33,938 nt of DNA from a virus (taxonomy: Duplodnaviria > Caudoviricetes), in IMG/VR virus record IMGVR_UViG_3300044623_000912, positions 1 to 33,938 of that record; one strand, given 5' to 3'. Every line of letters begins with the position of its first letter. Within the stretch, counting starts at the first letter, position 1. The notes beneath the pieces are model-generated. The model did no database searches, was not told where the DNA came from, and saw only the letters and a program-made list of their open reading frames with translations. Shown in pieces: positions 15,869 to 26,700 of the stretch. A program made the position numbers and the translations under genes.

Positions 15869-16804
15869 ATGGCTATTCCAGACCATTTCACTACCATGTT
15901 CGGCAAGAGTTTCCTCACTGCCGTCCAACAAACCGAGTCGCGTTTCCGTAAATGCGCGACTGTCACGACCGGTTGCACCGGTGAAGCCAAGACGCACAAC
16001 TACGACCTTCCCATCGACGATGAGGAAACGACCGGTGAGCGCCTTCAAAAAACACGCCTGCAAGAAATTGATACCTTCAAACGCTGGAACCGCCCGCGCA
16101 AGTTTGACCTTGCGACGGTGGACGTCCCGTTTGACGAGATCCTCCTTGCTCCGACCATCATGGACGGCGGCCGCCACATCAACTCTCACCAAGCCGCGTA
16201 TTCCCGCCGCCTGGACAAGACGTTTTTGGAAGGCCTGTTCGGCGTCAACTACGTCGGTAAAGACGGAGTGACTTCAGCAAACATTCCTGCGGCGAACATC
16301 ATCGCGAATGACTTTGTTAGCAGTGGCACCGCCGCTGCGAGTAAGCTCACCATCGACAAGATCCTCCGTGCCAAGACCATCTTACGCAACAACGAGAGCT
16401 ACGGCGACGACGCCATGGCCCGCGGTGTGGCTCTATGGGGCTGCATGACTCCGGACATGGAAGAATCCCTTCTGTTTCTGGCCAATGCTACATCTGGCAA
16501 CCGCCTCTTCTCCCGCGACTTTATGCCGCCGGTGTTGGGTGACGACGGACAAATCAGCTCGTTCCTTGGAATCAACTGGGTGCGCTCGACGCAACTCTTG
16601 TTTGATACTACGGACGCTACGCTCCAATACGCCGGCGTGTGGACTTCCGAGGCCGCCATGCTCGACATTTGGAAAGAGAAAGTCACGAAAGTGAGCGAAC
16701 GCCCGGATCTGAAATACGCCACCCAATTCTATTCCGAATACGCATTCGGCTGCGTCCGTAAAGAGGACAAGATGGTGGTGAAAATCGCCGCGAAAGTAGC
16801 CTAA
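15869..16804 (+). CDS. Major capsid protein
   Basis: VQQ..SRFR N-terminus, G.I.SFLG..W, ISERPD-like VSERPDL, FGCVR.EDK.VV C-terminus. Confidence 0.95.
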   Translation: MAIPDHFTTMFGKSFLTAVQQTESRFRKCATVTTGCTGEAKTHNYDLPIDDEETTGERLQKTRLQEIDTFKRWNRPRKFDLATVDVPFDEILLAPTIMDGGRHINSHQAAYSRRLDKTFLEGLFGVNYVGKDGVTSANIPAANIIANDFVSSGTAAASKLTIDKILRAKTILRNNESYGDDAMARGVALWGCMTPDMEESLLFLANATSGNRLFSRDFMPPVLGDDGQISSFLGINWVRSTQLLFDTTDATLQYAGVWTSEAAMLDIWKEKVTKVSERPDLKYATQFYSEYAFGCVRKEDKMVVKIAAKVA

Positions 16805-16839
16805 TCCTAACCAATAAATAAAACGAAAGAACCAAAATT

Positions 16840-17298
16840 ATGGCTAACTTCAAATCGTCTTACATCACCCGCCAGGAGCAATTGACTTCTTCCTTGGCGG
16901 CCGAAAGTGCAAACCTCACGGGCAAACTCCCGTTGGTGCAGCACATATCCTACACCCTGGTTGGCACCGAGGCCGCGGCTGATACCATTCAGTTGTTCGA
17001 CCTACCGCCCGGCTGTGTCATCATTCCACAACTCAGCTCGGTAACGTGTGCTGATCCTGGGACAACGCTCACGCTCGACATCGGCGACGCTCTTGATGCT
17101 GACCGCTATGCGGACGGTATCGTGATGAGTGCCGGTGGCCTTGTGAACTTTGCCTCCACGTTGCCAGTACCCGCAGGCATCACCACGCCGTATCTCCCGA
17201 CTGCTACTAGCCGGGTGATCTGCAAGGTGGACACTGCCAGTGGGTTGGCCGCTGGAACGGTGCTCAACTTCCTCGTTGCGTACCGCATCAAGGGCTGA
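16840..17298 (+). CDS. Capsid decoration / Bbp16-like beta-sandwich protein
   Basis: DTIQLFDLP.G..I, TLDIGD motifs; directly after the capsid gene. Confidence 0.7.
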   Translation: MANFKSSYITRQEQLTSSLAAESANLTGKLPLVQHISYTLVGTEAAADTIQLFDLPPGCVIIPQLSSVTCADPGTTLTLDIGDALDADRYADGIVMSAGGLVNFASTLPVPAGITTPYLPTATSRVICKVDTASGLAAGTVLNFLVAYRIKG

Positions 17299-17331
17299 GT
17301 CCTGAGCCTCTGTTTGTTCATGGCAGAACTG

Positions 17332-17374
17332 GGGCCGGGTCTGAAGGTAGTCTCTTCAGGTCCCGGCCCTTTTA
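17332..17374 (+). terminator. Intrinsic terminator
   Basis: GGGCCGGG-T-CTGAAG...CTTCAG-GT-CCCGGCCC followed by TTTTACTTTTT. Confidence 0.7.
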
Positions 17375-17388
17375 CTTTTTAAAGAAAA

Positions 17389-18024
17389 ATGATAACCACC
17401 GTCACCCAGATTTGTAACCTCGCACTTAGCAGGATCGGCGCTCGGCGTCTGGCATCCTATGAGAGCGACAATACCACCGAGGCCACCGCGTGCCGGCTGC
17501 ACTACGAACTCGCGCGGGACGGGCTGCTGCGGCGTCACCAGTGGGACTTTGCGAAGAATGACCAAGCACTGAACAAGCTGCCAGATTCTGCCTCGCCAAA
17601 GTACGAAGCCGCCTGGCAACTGCCGGTGGACTGTGTGCGCGTGATCGGTGCGACGGTGGACGCCAGAAACCTCACCGACTTCATCCGCCACGGGCGCTTG
17701 CTGCTCACTGCGGACTTCACCGCGCTGCGGCTGGAGTATGTTTCCAATGCGGTGCCGATTTCCCAGTGGGATTCTCTATTCGTCGAGGCGCTCGTGCTCA
17801 AGCTGGCCGCCAAGATCTGCGAGGACATTTCCCAAAACCCTGCCAAGGCTCAGGAATGCAACTCTGAGCTTGAGTCTCTGGCACTACCTGCGGCCCAGAC
17901 CGCGGACGCCCGCGAGGCGAACAGCGGCGAGGGGTTCGGGTTGGTGGATCTGATCGGGCAGAGCACCCTGATGCGTATCCGCCGGGTGAACCGTATGCCC
18001 CTACCTTACGCCGACATTTCCTAA
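17389..18024 (+). CDS. Tail adaptor (tail tubular protein A, T7 gp11-like)
   Basis: ICNLALSRIG, W.FA, LP.DC.RV, F..AL..KLA motifs. Confidence 0.9.
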   Translation: MITTVTQICNLALSRIGARRLASYESDNTTEATACRLHYELARDGLLRRHQWDFAKNDQALNKLPDSASPKYEAAWQLPVDCVRVIGATVDARNLTDFIRHGRLLLTADFTALRLEYVSNAVPISQWDSLFVEALVLKLAAKICEDISQNPAKAQECNSELESLALPAAQTADAREANSGEGFGLVDLIGQSTLMRIRRVNRMPLPYADIS

Positions 18025-18027
18025 GCC

Positions 18028-20901
18028 ATGCCACTCCACCAGACGTTTCTATCATTTAACTCGGGGGAAATCTCCGAGTACCTGCTCTACCGAACCGACT
18101 TTGCCAAGGTGCCAGGGGCCGCGCAGAAGATGCGGAATTTCCTCCCGCTGCCATTCGGTGCGGTGGCGAAGCGACCGGGCACGGTGTGGCTGTCACAAAC
18201 CGTGGTGGCCGGCGCGAACTCGAAGGCGTTCGGGTTCACCTCGAGTGACGGGCTGAACTACATCCTGCATTTCACCCAAGGATTTTTAAAAATTTACCGC
18301 GAGAATGGTACGGAGGCGGCGTCTCTGGCATTCATCACCGGCTACACGTTCCCGAGCGATGCCAACAATGAGGATTCCATCCGTGGCTTGCAAATGGTGC
18401 AGGTGAATGATGTGGCATTTTTCACCCACCCACGCCTGCACCCGCTGCAACTTGTCTCGGTTTCTGATACCTCGTGGACGCTGGGATTCATCCCGTTCGA
18501 GCGGGCGCCGACGATGGATCAGAACTTGGACATGGCCAAGACGTACACCGTGGCCAGTAACCCGGTGGCAGCCGGATGGGTGAATGGGCAATACTACTCG
18601 CCAGGACAAAAGGCATTCACGAATTGTGAGTGGCTGTGCATTAGCTCCCACCAGGCGAGCGGTAACACGTTCCCCGGCGGGGGTGGGCCTTGGAAAAACC
18701 ACTGGATGCGGATGTTCTACACCGCTGGGCAACCGATCACGTTGCTGGGGAGCGATGGGTTCGAGCTGCCTTGGAAAACCGACTACCGTAGCTACACGGC
18801 GGGGAGGACGGCGCTGGATTTCGATGGCACTGCTCCAAGTCTGACCCTGCCAAGTTTTTATCTGTGTGTGGCACCGCACACGATGGATAACACCTACAAT
18901 AGTCTTGATGATCATACGGCGACGCAATGGGAGATACCACTGCCTGCGGGAGTGACGTGGGTTTCTGTTTACAGTTATACTATCAGAGGAATGGGCGGAT
19001 TTTTCATCGGCGACACGGTTTACACGGGTGGGTCGATCTATCGGTGCATCGCAGCACACGATGCCACTGGCGGAGGCCCTGGCCAGTATGTGCCCGGAGT
19101 CACTTCTGGGTGGGGATCTTACTGGGAGCTGAAATACGCAGGTTACTCAGCGCCGATGGCTGCGGTTCTGGCAACGCCTTATGTCACCGCCACTCGTATT
19201 TCCTACGGGGGTCTGGTTTACGCCGCTAGCTCCACGCATTACCCAGATGAGGACAACGCACCGGGCATGAGTGGGGCACCGTGGATATTACTTTCCAACG
19301 GGTGGACGTCCGCATGGGCGAGCTCTCCGACTTGCCCTGGTAAGTATTTTAAAATTTCCCCTCAACGGGACGACTCGGACTTTCAAATCGAGATCGCGGC
19401 GGTGGCTGGGAGCAACGGCCAGTACTCCGCGCAAATCGTGGTGGAGGGGCCGTGGAATTTTTACACCTTTGGCACTTGGACGGGTACTTACCAACTCCAG
19501 CGCAGCGTCAACGGCGGGGCCTCGTGGCAGGTGATACGCTCATGGCAGAGTTCCGCTGACCGTAACGTGGCGGACGCCGGCATCGAGGACGCGCCCACTC
19601 TGCTCCGCCTCCAGTATTTCCATGGGGCGAATGGCAGCAGCAACCCACGGGCTATCTTGGTGCCTGAGCGCAACAACGTCACCGGCTTCGCCCTGATGGA
19701 CACCTATGTGGGGACGACTCGGATGACTGGCATCGCCAAGACCTCACTGCTTTCTGGATCCACCTTCGAGTGGGCCGAGGGCGGCTTCGATCTCGAGCGC
19801 GGGTTTCCTCGCACCCTGACCTTGCACGGATTCCGGCTGTGGTTTGCGGCCACCGTGCTGAATCCTGTTTCGATCTGGGGCAGCCGCATCAACGACTTTT
19901 TCGACTTTGAGACTGGTACCGAGGACGATACTGGAATCTTCCGAACCCTGGCGGCGAGTAACCACACGCCGATCCGTTGGCTCGCGAGCACGAGACGCCT
20001 GTTCCTGGGCACCAGCATGAGCGAGTGGGTGGAGGGGTCTGAGCGCCTCGACGCACCGATCACGCCGACCAACGTGCAGTTCCGCGAGTACACCCCGACG
20101 GGATCCTGTCCGCACCAACCGCTACCGGTGAACGACGGGCTGTTCTTCCTCGGCCGCCAGGGCGGACGCCTCTACGAACTCGGTGCCAACGAGAACGGCG
20201 GAGACACTTTTGCGGCAAATGATTTGTCAATGCTCTCCGAGCACCTCACCGCGCAGGGGATTACCGGGCTCGCTTACCAGCAGACCCGGCAACCATGCCT
20301 GTGGGCGGTCACGCGGGCGGGGAACCTGCTTTCCTTCAACTATGTCCGCTCGCAGCAAATCAGCGCGTGGGCCATGCATAGCACCGCGAGCGGGTTGTTC
20401 CGGGATGTGGTGGTTTTCCCATCAGACACCGGGGACGACGAAGTTTTTTTCATCATCGACCGCGGGGCAAACAGCCACCTCGAGCGATTCCCGCAAGGAT
20501 GGCAGGCCACCCAAGAGTCAGGCACGGTGGGCAACTATGTGGACGCCGCCGGACTGACTGGCGGGAGTTTCCCAATCCTGTCGGAACTCAGGGTGCCACC
20601 GCAAGATATGTCCCTGGATGGTGGCGGCACCCAAGGCCGGCGGAAGCGGGCGAATGAAATCTTGCTCAACGTCTACCAGTCATTTGGCGGCGGGGTTTCC
20701 TACGACGGTGAGACGGTGGACATCCTCTACGCCAACACGTCCGATCTCATGGACACTCCGGTGACCTTGAAAAATGGTTGGCAGGCGCTCACGCTTTCTC
20801 CTGGCTACATGGATGACCTGCAATTTTCCATCGTCCACTCGGCGCCGTACCCGTTCACCGTCCGGGCGGCGGTGCTGCGCTGGAACCTCCATGAGCCATG
20901 A
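18028..20901 (+). CDS. Tail nozzle (tail tubular protein B, T7 gp12-like) with internal insertion
   Basis: SFNSGEIS, KRPGT, GFP......RLWFA, IWGSR..DF.DF, QI.AW..H motifs. Confidence 0.9.
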   Translation: MPLHQTFLSFNSGEISEYLLYRTDFAKVPGAAQKMRNFLPLPFGAVAKRPGTVWLSQTVVAGANSKAFGFTSSDGLNYILHFTQGFLKIYRENGTEAASLAFITGYTFPSDANNEDSIRGLQMVQVNDVAFFTHPRLHPLQLVSVSDTSWTLGFIPFERAPTMDQNLDMAKTYTVASNPVAAGWVNGQYYSPGQKAFTNCEWLCISSHQASGNTFPGGGGPWKNHWMRMFYTAGQPITLLGSDGFELPWKTDYRSYTAGRTALDFDGTAPSLTLPSFYLCVAPHTMDNTYNSLDDHTATQWEIPLPAGVTWVSVYSYTIRGMGGFFIGDTVYTGGSIYRCIAAHDATGGGPGQYVPGVTSGWGSYWELKYAGYSAPMAAVLATPYVTATRISYGGLVYAASSTHYPDEDNAPGMSGAPWILLSNGWTSAWASSPTCPGKYFKISPQRDDSDFQIEIAAVAGSNGQYSAQIVVEGPWNFYTFGTWTGTYQLQRSVNGGASWQVIRSWQSSADRNVADAGIEDAPTLLRLQYFHGANGSSNPRAILVPERNNVTGFALMDTYVGTTRMTGIAKTSLLSGSTFEWAEGGFDLERGFPRTLTLHGFRLWFAATVLNPVSIWGSRINDFFDFETGTEDDTGIFRTLAASNHTPIRWLASTRRLFLGTSMSEWVEGSERLDAPITPTNVQFREYTPTGSCPHQPLPVNDGLFFLGRQGGRLYELGANENGGDTFAANDLSMLSEHLTAQGITGLAYQQTRQPCLWAVTRAGNLLSFNYVRSQQISAWAMHSTASGLFRDVVVFPSDTGDDEVFFIIDRGANSHLERFPQGWQATQESGTVGNYVDAAGLTGGSFPILSELRVPPQDMSLDGGGTQGRRKRANEILLNVYQSFGGGVSYDGETVDILYANTSDLMDTPVTLKNGWQALTLSPGYMDDLQFSIVHSAPYPFTVRAAVLRWNLHEP

Positions 20902-21311
20902 TCCGCCTCATCGAGCGGGCGTCGGATGGCAGAATATCGGAGGCGGACTACGCCACCATCGTAGGATTCTGGGATGGGCGTGGCTCACCCCCAGCGCGTA
21001 ATTTACTGCCCACGCTCGGGGTGATCTCGGATGGCGCGGCCTGCGGGTTCCTCTACCTGGACGCCACCGGCTCCGGGGTGGCGGTGATGGCGTGGACGGC
21101 CACCAATCCGCGGTGCTCGGTGACCTTTCGCGGGCGGGCGATGCACGAGGTCATCGACTTCCTCGAGCGCGAGGCGGGGGCCCTTGGCTACCACACGGTC
21201 ATGTGTACTCACCAGCACCTCAGTTTTCACCGCCTCTTCCACCGCCGGGGCTATGCATCGGGCGACAGCGGTCTTGTCCAACTGTACAAAAGTGTTTCTC
21301 CGGCGCGGTAG
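20898..21311 (+). CDS. GNAT-like protein (T7 gp13 position)
   Basis: ACGFLY, LEREAGALGY..V, F.R.GY patterns; follows the nozzle gene. Confidence 0.6.
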   Translation: MIRLIERASDGRISEADYATIVGFWDGRGSPPARNLLPTLGVISDGAACGFLYLDATGSGVAVMAWTATNPRCSVTFRGRAMHEVIDFLEREAGALGYHTVMCTHQHLSFHRLFHRRGYASGDSGLVQLYKSVSPAR

Positions 21312-21318
21312 GTAGTCT
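21274..21318 (+). promoter_or_regulatory. Late-promoter motif copy 3 (leaderless)
   Basis: TTGTCCAAC-TGTACAA-N23-TAGTCT, 6 nt, then ATG 21325. Confidence 0.6.
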
Positions 21319-21324
21319 TTCCGC

Positions 21325-21810
21325 ATGGGCGCGGCAGGCATAGGAATGTTGTTTCAAGGAATGAGCACCGGGCTGAGTGTGTATTCGCAACTCCAGGAGG
21401 GGAAGACCGCGATGAGAGTCGCGAAGTATAACGAAAAGAACCTACAGGCGGAGGCCAAGAACAAGGAGCTCGAGTTCATGGAGGCGTCCAAGCGGGCGCG
21501 GATCAACCAACGCAAGACCATGTCCACGCTGCGGGCGAATCTGAGCACCCAGGGGACGCGCACCGATACCGGCACCTCTCTGGATATTTTCGGAGAAACG
21601 GCGGGAAATTTCCAACTGGCCATCAGTGATGCGGCCCGCGCCACCAACATGGAGGCGTACTCGCTCCGGCAGAAGGGCAAGATGGCCATCTTCGAGGGCA
21701 AGTCCATCAAGCAAGCCTCCACCTTAAAAGCCATCGGCACCGGGATCTCGGGCGTGGCCTCCGCGGTGAGCGCCTTCGGTCACAACCAATACACCGGAGC
21801 AATTCCATGA
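21325..21810 (+). CDS. Internal virion (ejection) protein, gp14-like
   Basis: Gly/Ala-rich hydrophobic termini, central coiled coil, G....GTSLD motif. Confidence 0.8.
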   Translation: MGAAGIGMLFQGMSTGLSVYSQLQEGKTAMRVAKYNEKNLQAEAKNKELEFMEASKRARINQRKTMSTLRANLSTQGTRTDTGTSLDIFGETAGNFQLAISDAARATNMEAYSLRQKGKMAIFEGKSIKQASTLKAIGTGISGVASAVSAFGHNQYTGAIP

Positions 21811-23780
21811 TTAAAATTCCAGATGTCCCAGGCCTGCAAGGCACCCAAATCAACGCACCGGCCGCGAGGTTCGAGGCGGCGAACGCACCGAACGCCGCTC
21901 TCGGTGGGCCCATCGCCGACGCCATTGGCGGGGTGGGTGAGTATTTCCAAGGGGTGGCAGACCAAGCTCAGAAGCTGGAGAATGCCAGGGCGGAGTCCGA
22001 GGCGCGGATGCAGATGGATGCCGGCTACTCACAACTCCAGATCGACCTGGAGAAAGACCCAGACCCGGCGAGCCGGATGAACAAGACCCGTCAGTATTTC
22101 GAGCAGAGCCGAGGCATCGCCGACAATCCGAATTTATCCCCGCAGGCCCGCGACAGCCTCCGGCAATTCCATACCGAGTTTTCCCACAAGGGGATGATCC
22201 GGGGTGCGGCCGATGCCGCGCAACTCTCCATGAAGCGGGCGGGCCTTCAGCACAATAACGAGTTGGACGCGGCGGTGCTGGCTGATGACGAAGAGCGGGC
22301 GATGGGCATCATCGCTAAATCCGAAGCTGCTGGCATTATTCTGCCGGAGCAAGCGATTGCCGCCAAGGTGCGCGTCCAGCAAACGCTGAAAGAGCGGGCC
22401 GAGCAAAAAGACCTCATCGAAGACCCCAAGACGTGGAGTGAAAACAATCCTACCGACAAGGTGCCACCGGGCACCGATCCCGCCCGCTACCAGCAGATGC
22501 AGGATTTCGCCAAGGGGCAAATGCGAAAGAAGACTTACGAGGCGAGCGCCGGCATCATGGACGGCATCGTGAGCGGACAAATCACCACCGAGAAACAGAT
22601 TGACGAGTTGACCCAAGATATCCGCCCCGCCGCGGTGGAGGAACTCAAGAACGGCCTGCGGATGAGGCAAGCCGACGGCTACAAGGAAAAAGTCGCGTCA
22701 CCCGATTACCAGGCGGGACTTTACGGGCAACTCTCCATCGCCATCGGGGACTTCGAGCCGGATGCCGAGGACGCCGACGCCCGCATCGCCCTGATCGACC
22801 GGATGATGCGCGACTTGAAGCCGGGCTTCCAGAAAGACAAACTCACCAAGAAATTTAAAAACCTCGAAAGCCCAGACCTTACCAACGACGCGAAGAACTA
22901 CGGCGAGATGGTGCTCAATCAAGTGGACGAGCTGCGTAAGGTGGGACGATTCGGCAAGACCGAGAAGCCGCAAGACATGACCACGAAAGACATCGTGGAC
23001 AAGGGATTTCTCAAGGATACGGATAAGCTCCAGCGTCTCGGTTACTCCGAGGATCAAGCCACCGACATCCAGAAAGCCGCGCAAGAAAGCGGGCCACTCG
23101 GGCAGCGCAAGATGATCGAGCTATGGGGCGAGCGCCCAGGTGGCACGGTGAATGCCAGCGAGATTGAAGTGGCTTCGGCCCAAGCTCTCCGCCTGGGCCA
23201 TGCGACGATTCCCTACGCCGCGGACGGTGCCGTGGAAGCGGCGGACGCTACCAATCTGAGCACCGCGAGAAACTACGGCATCGCGAAGATGCAGATGGAA
23301 GATTACCTGCGTCTCAATCCAGAAGCCAAGGCTGCGGAAATCGACGCGGCGTTTCTGAGGATCACCGGCGAGTCGATCAAGGAAGAGTCCAAGCGGAAAA
23401 TGATTCCAAAGAAGCCTGTGCTTTCGGAAGAAACCAGCATGAACCTGCCCAGTGGCGGGTTGAAACTCTCCAACTACGGCTACGCGTCCGACACCACGCC
23501 GGACAGCAACAGCGCCAGGGGCATCGGCCATCGAGACAACAAGCTCGTGGCGGGGCAATCTGCGGCCATTTCCAAGAGTCTCGCGGAGCGTCTGGGACTG
23601 GAGCATGGGGACAAGCTCAAGATCGAAACCACCAAGGGGAACTATGTGGTGAGTTACGACGACACGGTGCCGTCCAGCGATTCACGGACGGGAGCCTTGC
23701 CCGAAACCATCGACCTTTACAGGCCGAAAGATGGCTCGAATGGCTGGGGTGGACGCGTGACCAAAGTTTCAAAAATTTAA
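21807..23780 (+). CDS. Internal virion protein, gp15-like, with C-terminal 3D/double-psi-barrel muralytic domain
   Basis: Helical body; C-terminal SNYGY...AAIS...GDKLKI...DDT...TIDLY. Confidence 0.7.
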   Translation: MIKIPDVPGLQGTQINAPAARFEAANAPNAALGGPIADAIGGVGEYFQGVADQAQKLENARAESEARMQMDAGYSQLQIDLEKDPDPASRMNKTRQYFEQSRGIADNPNLSPQARDSLRQFHTEFSHKGMIRGAADAAQLSMKRAGLQHNNELDAAVLADDEERAMGIIAKSEAAGIILPEQAIAAKVRVQQTLKERAEQKDLIEDPKTWSENNPTDKVPPGTDPARYQQMQDFAKGQMRKKTYEASAGIMDGIVSGQITTEKQIDELTQDIRPAAVEELKNGLRMRQADGYKEKVASPDYQAGLYGQLSIAIGDFEPDAEDADARIALIDRMMRDLKPGFQKDKLTKKFKNLESPDLTNDAKNYGEMVLNQVDELRKVGRFGKTEKPQDMTTKDIVDKGFLKDTDKLQRLGYSEDQATDIQKAAQESGPLGQRKMIELWGERPGGTVNASEIEVASAQALRLGHATIPYAADGAVEAADATNLSTARNYGIAKMQMEDYLRLNPEAKAAEIDAAFLRITGESIKEESKRKMIPKKPVLSEETSMNLPSGGLKLSNYGYASDTTPDSNSARGIGHRDNKLVAGQSAAISKSLAERLGLEHGDKLKIETTKGNYVVSYDDTVPSSDSRTGALPETIDLYRPKDGSNGWGGRVTKVSKI

Positions 23781-23783
23781 TCC

Positions 23784-26700
23784 ATGGCTACCTTTAAAAT
23801 CTCCGACATCCCCTTGGTGGATAGCAATCCTGCGGAAACATTCACCCCGGCACCTACTCAAGCGGATGTGCCGACCGTGCCAGTGATCGGCATTCCGCAA
23901 TCCTCGGCACCACCGCCGGCGATGCTGGACACTTTTGGGGCAAGTCCTTGGGTCGATCAAGAGAAGGACTACAACCAAGCTCTGAACGATTGGTATCGCA
24001 CCGGGCAAGACAATCTGGACAATGCCATCTTCGATCCGGACAAGGCATTTAACGGGATGAATCTCGACTTCGAGGCGGATCCAGACACTGCCAAGCGCAC
24101 GCTCATCAATGAATCGTGGATGGAACTCAACCACGACGAACCGCTGGCACCCACCGAGCTCCAGAGGGCGGTGCAAATGCAGGTGGCCAGCCTGGCGAAG
24201 TTTAATGAAATGGTGAGTACGCCGGAGGATCTTTACAAGCTCATCAAGAAAGACGCGGGCAAGCGCAAGGATGCGAACGCGCTTCACTCCACCTTGGCGG
24301 ATGCGGCGATTCATTCAGCGTTGATGCCTACAGGAAAAATTGGAGACTTCCGCGCATGGCATGAGACGGCCAAGGGAAAGCCCGGTTACGATGCCTCAAA
24401 AGTGGGCGACTACATGGAAGCCTATGAAGAACGCCGGATGCAAGCGGCGGAGAGAATGGCACCCTTTCGCGCGGATCTCTTGGCCGTATTCAAGACTATG
24501 CAAGCCGGTGGTGCAGGTTCCGCTTCTGAGGTTTTAAAATCCATCGGCGCGGATCTTTTGCTTGGCGGTGGTGCGGACGACGAGGATACGATTGATGAAA
24601 TTCAAAAGAAAGACGCTGGGGCGGTGGCGTTTGAGGCATACGAAAGGATTGCGCCCGAGGATCGGCAGGAGTTCTTGAACGGTATTCAAACACTGGCGCA
24701 AAGCCTACCAGAAGAAGCAAAGGCGGCATTCTGGGCGAACATGGGAAAGAGCGGCGGGCGGGCGGTTGATGACCTCGGCCGAGGCATAGCTAACACCTTT
24801 AGCGTGGCAGGCTTGGAAAAGTCACTCAACGAAGAGTTTCAAAAAACAGCGGGCCCATTTGGCGGCAGTGTCTCGGACAAGGCAGAGGCAAAGGCTAATG
24901 TGGATCGGATGTTGCTCCGACGAAATTTCTCTGACTCGGTGAGAAAAATGGAGCGAGAAAAATACGCGCCTTTGAATTATTTTTCGGACAATTCAACGGA
25001 CACGTTTTCTTGGAGGACGTTGGAAAGTGGCGTCTATGGTATGCCGGCAGTGGTGGCATCGGTAGCCACCATAATGATTCCCGTAGTCGGCCATGCTGCC
25101 ATGTATTACGCCATGGAAGATTTTGCTTATGCGGATCTGCGCGACAATGCTATCCGTGCTGGTGCTAGCGAATTAGACGCCTCCCGTTTTGCTAATGATT
25201 ACAAGTCCATTGCGGCGATTCCGCAAACGGCTGCTGAGTTTATTCAAAACTACGCAGCCCTGGGCAAACTACCAGTAGCCAATGCGGCTCTGCGAAAGTT
25301 GGGCGACAAGATTACCAATCGGCTAATCCGAGGAACGGCAATCGCTGGTACTTTGAGTGCTGCGGAAACTATGGTGGAGGAGGTGCAGTATCAAATCCCT
25401 TACGTTGTACAAGATCTCACGGCGGCGCTCTCGGAAGATACCGGTGTTCCTGAAGCGGTTTGGAGCAATGGACAGGACGGTGCATTTGATGGGTTCTGGA
25501 CGCGCCAAGCCACTGTTTTTATTTCCATGCTTCCGATGGGTATTGGCCAAGGCATTGGCGGACTTAGCAACGAAGCCCAAGCGCGAGCGATGGCTCAGGC
25601 CAGCACAACTGAACTGCAAGCATTTGGAGTAACGGCAGAGGGTATCGCTTCAATTAAAAACGCCACGGGTCAATCCACGCTTAACGCCGTGGTGACTACC
25701 GCCATGGAAACCCGCGATCCCAATAGCCAGGAAGCTAAGGCCGCGGTCGAGGCACTCAAGGCCCAGTTGGCAAGCGCCCGCCAAGCCAAGGCGGATCTCG
25801 AGCGACTCGGTTATTCTGCTCCATCATTTACGCAAACGAGTGAGGGGATATTCGTCTTTGATGGTGAGGGTAAAGAACTGGGTGTGGCTCCGGATCTCTC
25901 TGGCGCCATCCGCATTGCTCGCACTCATACCGGGGCACTTGATAACCTCGAGGCCGATCAAGTGGCGGCGCTAGGATCACTCATGGAAGCGGCGAAGGCG
26001 GCGGTGGCGCTCGATCCATCGTCCACCGTGGAGGTGAATCTCGGGGAGTTTGACCCGGACAAGGCCACGCCAGAAATGGCCGCGAGGTTTGCCGCTCAAG
26101 TCGCGCTCAAGGAGCAAGCGGAAGGTGGCACCGGAGACATCGCCCGTTCGGTGCTGGGTTACTCCGTGACCAACTTCGCGCAAGGCATGCGGGAAACCGT
26201 CAACAAACTATTCCGTGGCGCTTCCGTCACCGATGTGTTTCACGAAAACGTTCACGGCCTTCGGCGTGGAGCGCTTGCGGCCGGCACCATTACCCGCTCG
26301 GATGAAATCGCCCTGCTCCGCTCACTCGATACCATTCTCGGCGGGAAAGTGACCAAGGAAGGCGTGCAACTCCGGTTTATTCCAGAGAACATGACCGACG
26401 ATCAGATTTCCGAAACCCTGCTCGATGAGGCATTTTCAGAAATCGCGGAAATGGAAATCCTCCGCACCCGCAAGAAAGATGGCAAGGGCAAATTCGGCCT
26501 TACCCGTGGCGTGATTTCTCGTAACCTCACCGCTCTTACTAAGCTCATGCCTGGCGTGATTGGCAAGTGGCAGGCATTCATGCAGGCCGTCCGCGCCCGC
26601 TGGGGCCTGAGTTTGTCCCGTGCCATTGCCATGAAGAAGGCGGAACGCGACGGCACCTTCGACAAGGAAGGCTATGACGCCTACCTCGACAAACTGCTCG

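Noticed and set aside
17306-17353. Fifth late-promoter copy (TGTTCAT...TAGTCT)
   Set aside because: Motif mismatch, spacing 33 rather than 30, and the hexamer lies in the terminator loop.
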